NCBI GenBank assembly: GCA_051294375.1
Contig: JBJCIZ010000788.1
Coordinates: 1 to 11,017, forward strand
From: Paraspadella gotoi
Taxonomy: Eukaryota > Animalia > Chaetognatha
Reading direction: 5' to 3'
Length of the DNA: 11,017 bases
In this document: one piece after another, positions 9,098 through 11,017 of the stretch
Position numbering within the stretch: position 1 is the first letter of the stretch
How the letters are laid out: the number at the start of each line of letters is the position of its first letter
Notes under the pieces: model-generated
Told to the model about the DNA's origin: nothing
Databases searched by the model: none
Seen by the model: the letters and a program-made list of their open reading frames with translations, nothing else
Program-made: the position numbers and the translations under genes

Positions 9098-9359
9098 ACT
9101 TAAGGTCAAGGATAAAAACAAAGCTTGAGCAAACGATAATAACCGGTAAGCATCTAATCAGATGATAAGTTTATGATTAATCCTACTATCATTTTATTTT
9201 TAATTTAATGAAACACAAAAAAAGGAGGAATTTAGATAAGTGATAAGTTATATTTATTTGTTTTTTAAAATTATAGATTTTTGGTGTTTTTTTGTTTTTT
9301 GTTCTTCGTTTTTTTTTTTTTTTACTTTTTCGCTTTTGAATCGCATACTCATTTCTTGC

Positions 9360-9481
9360 TTATTTCTTCTCTCTTTTTCTCTTCTTTCTCCCCTAATTAA
9401 TTCCTTCCTCTTTTCCCCCTTTTTTCCCTTCTCTCTCCTCTCTCCTCTCTCTTCTCTCTCTCTCCCAACGCCCCCCCTCCC
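9360..9481. repeat. Polypyrimidine tract
   Basis: C/T-dominated, including CT repeats. Confidence 0.85.
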
Positions 9482-9578
9482 GTTCTACTCTTTCACGCTT
9501 ATGTTACTCGGGCTTTTTTTGGTAGTAAGAGAAAACGAAAGAAAGCCTTGACCCTTGACCTTTGAGAAGAAATCAGAA

Positions 9579-9866
9579 TGGAGGGGGAGAGGGGAGAGAG
9601 CGGGAAGGTGGAGAAGAAAAAGAAAAGAAAAGAAAAGGAAAGAAAAGGAAAAAAAAACAAAAGAGAAAGGAAAGAAAGTAAAGAAAGGAAAAAGAAAAGA
9701 AAAGAGAAAGGAAAAAAAAGAGAAGAGAAAAGAAGAGAAGAGGAAGGAGAAAGAGAAGATAAGAGAAGAGAAGAGAAGAAAAGGAAGAGAAGAGAAGAGA
9801 AGAGGAAGAGAAGAGACGCAGAAAGGCAGGAGAAAGAGAAGAGAAGAGAAGAGAAAGAAAAGAAAA
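9579..9866. repeat. Polypurine tract with degenerate (AAAAG)n/(AAGAG)n units
   Basis: About 290 bp A/G; pentamer periodicity visible; source of the Lys/Arg/Glu pseudo-ORFs. Confidence 0.93.
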
Positions 9867-10013
9867 GTTGTTAAAGAGAAAGAGGGTAATTGAGTCGGAA
9901 ATGAGATGAGAGGAGCGAACAAAGAGGTGAGAGAGAGAGAGACAGAGAGTGTCATGAAAAAGAACAGTGTTAATGGAGCGTCGATGTCGAAAAAATTATT
10001 GGGAGACGAAGGT

Positions 10014-10021
10014 GAGAGAGT

Positions 10022-10053
<32 letters not shown>

Positions 10054-10090
10054 GAGAGAGAGGAGAAGAGAGAGAGAGAGAGAGAGAGAG
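10014..10090. repeat. Interrupted (GA)n microsatellite
   Basis: Directly visible GA runs. Confidence 0.95.
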
Positions 10091-11017
10091 GTTCCAACAG
10101 ATTAACGATTGATTGAGACTTAATAATATTAATAATATTTTCGAATTTGCTGAATTAGGTTATATTCGTCGACCGAGATTTATCGAACGGCTTCAAATGA
10201 CCCTTTTTATTTTGGCGACTACTGGCGATAAAATTGGGTCGAGGGCTGATAAAAAAATGGGGCAGGGTAATAAAATGAGATCGGGGTGATAAAACGAAAA
10301 GAGAGGAAAAATGGGGTCAAGAAATAATGAAGGAATGGGGAAGGCAAAGAGGGATGTTGATAAAACGACAGCTTCCGGTTTTAGGAGATGAGAAACAAGA
10401 AAAAGAAAAACTTCGAAAAGCGATCCCAATTTTGCCGTGCTTCCGGGTGTGAACTCTTTTAATTTTTCATTGGGTCAGAACACCCCAAAAAGTTAAAATG
10501 ACTTTTGATAGTTTAGCAACATCGATTGGTTATACCGAGCTATTAAATTTCTTTTGAGATTCTCTCGCAGTCATCAATGAATTGTTCCACTAATAAATTT
10601 TTCCCAAATTTATTTGCGAATATTGATGGTTTTAAATGGGTGAAATAAAAAAAATATGACAACAGTGTGAAATTCGTCAACCGACGACTTCAATCCGAGG
10701 TCACGATTTTTTTCTTTTATGTGAATGTGAAAATTTGGGGGTTTTGGCTGAAGAGTCCTAAGCGCAACATCCTTAACCCCTATGGCAGCCAGGGAAAAAA
10801 ACCGGGGCTTGGAGCCAGGCTTGAGGGTTTTCCACGCTCCCAAGACGATTTACGGCTATCCTCACGTTTACCGATGGGGATGGATCCCGGTACCTCATGG
10901 TCATTAGCGGATTGTATTACTCAATGAGCCGCCTAGTCACAAGCGAAGTATTCATAAATCTAGGCGGAGTGAAGTTCTTGCAACTACATATAATACATAT
11001 ATACGATATAAATGAGC

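Noticed and set aside
992-10112. Longer ORFs in the track (e.g. 2821-3252, 4814-5359, 4923-5501, 7107-7706, 7259-7723, 9485-9955, 9555-9893)
   Set aside because: They are stop-free only because they overlap pure purine or pyrimidine tracts; translations are ER/LS/FP/KR low-complexity with no domain signal.
10840-10896. FTAILTFTDGDGSRY as a uDENN-like motif
   Set aside because: Spacing differs from FxFxLTxxDGxRxYG and there is no supporting context; likely chance.
1-11017. rRNA, tRNA, transposase/RT genes, prokaryotic operon or defence system
   Set aside because: No conserved rRNA blocks, cloverleaf or A/B box pair, catalytic motifs, TIR/LTR pairs or gene-dense organisation were recognised.

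Overview
This is low-complexity, eukaryote-like, mostly non-coding DNA. It is dominated by microsatellites and long polypurine/polypyrimidine tracts: (CT/GA)n, (AAT)n, degenerate (GGAAT)n and (AAGAG/AAAAG)n. These are separated by AT-rich spacers and short (~100-200 bp) CpG-containing, higher-complexity islands. Nearly all ORFs in the supplied track are artefacts of simple repeats. I found no complete gene, RNA gene, CRISPR array or intact mobile element, and I cannot support a new biological system here. The most notable non-repeat signals are: several + strand islands bounded by AG...GT splice-like sites, some with short motifs resembling unrelated protein families; a 21-nt microexon candidate after a ~520-nt AG-free zone; and a degenerate ~130-bp tandem duplication. 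The patchwork character means an error-rich assembly or synthetic/model-generated sequence should be excluded first.
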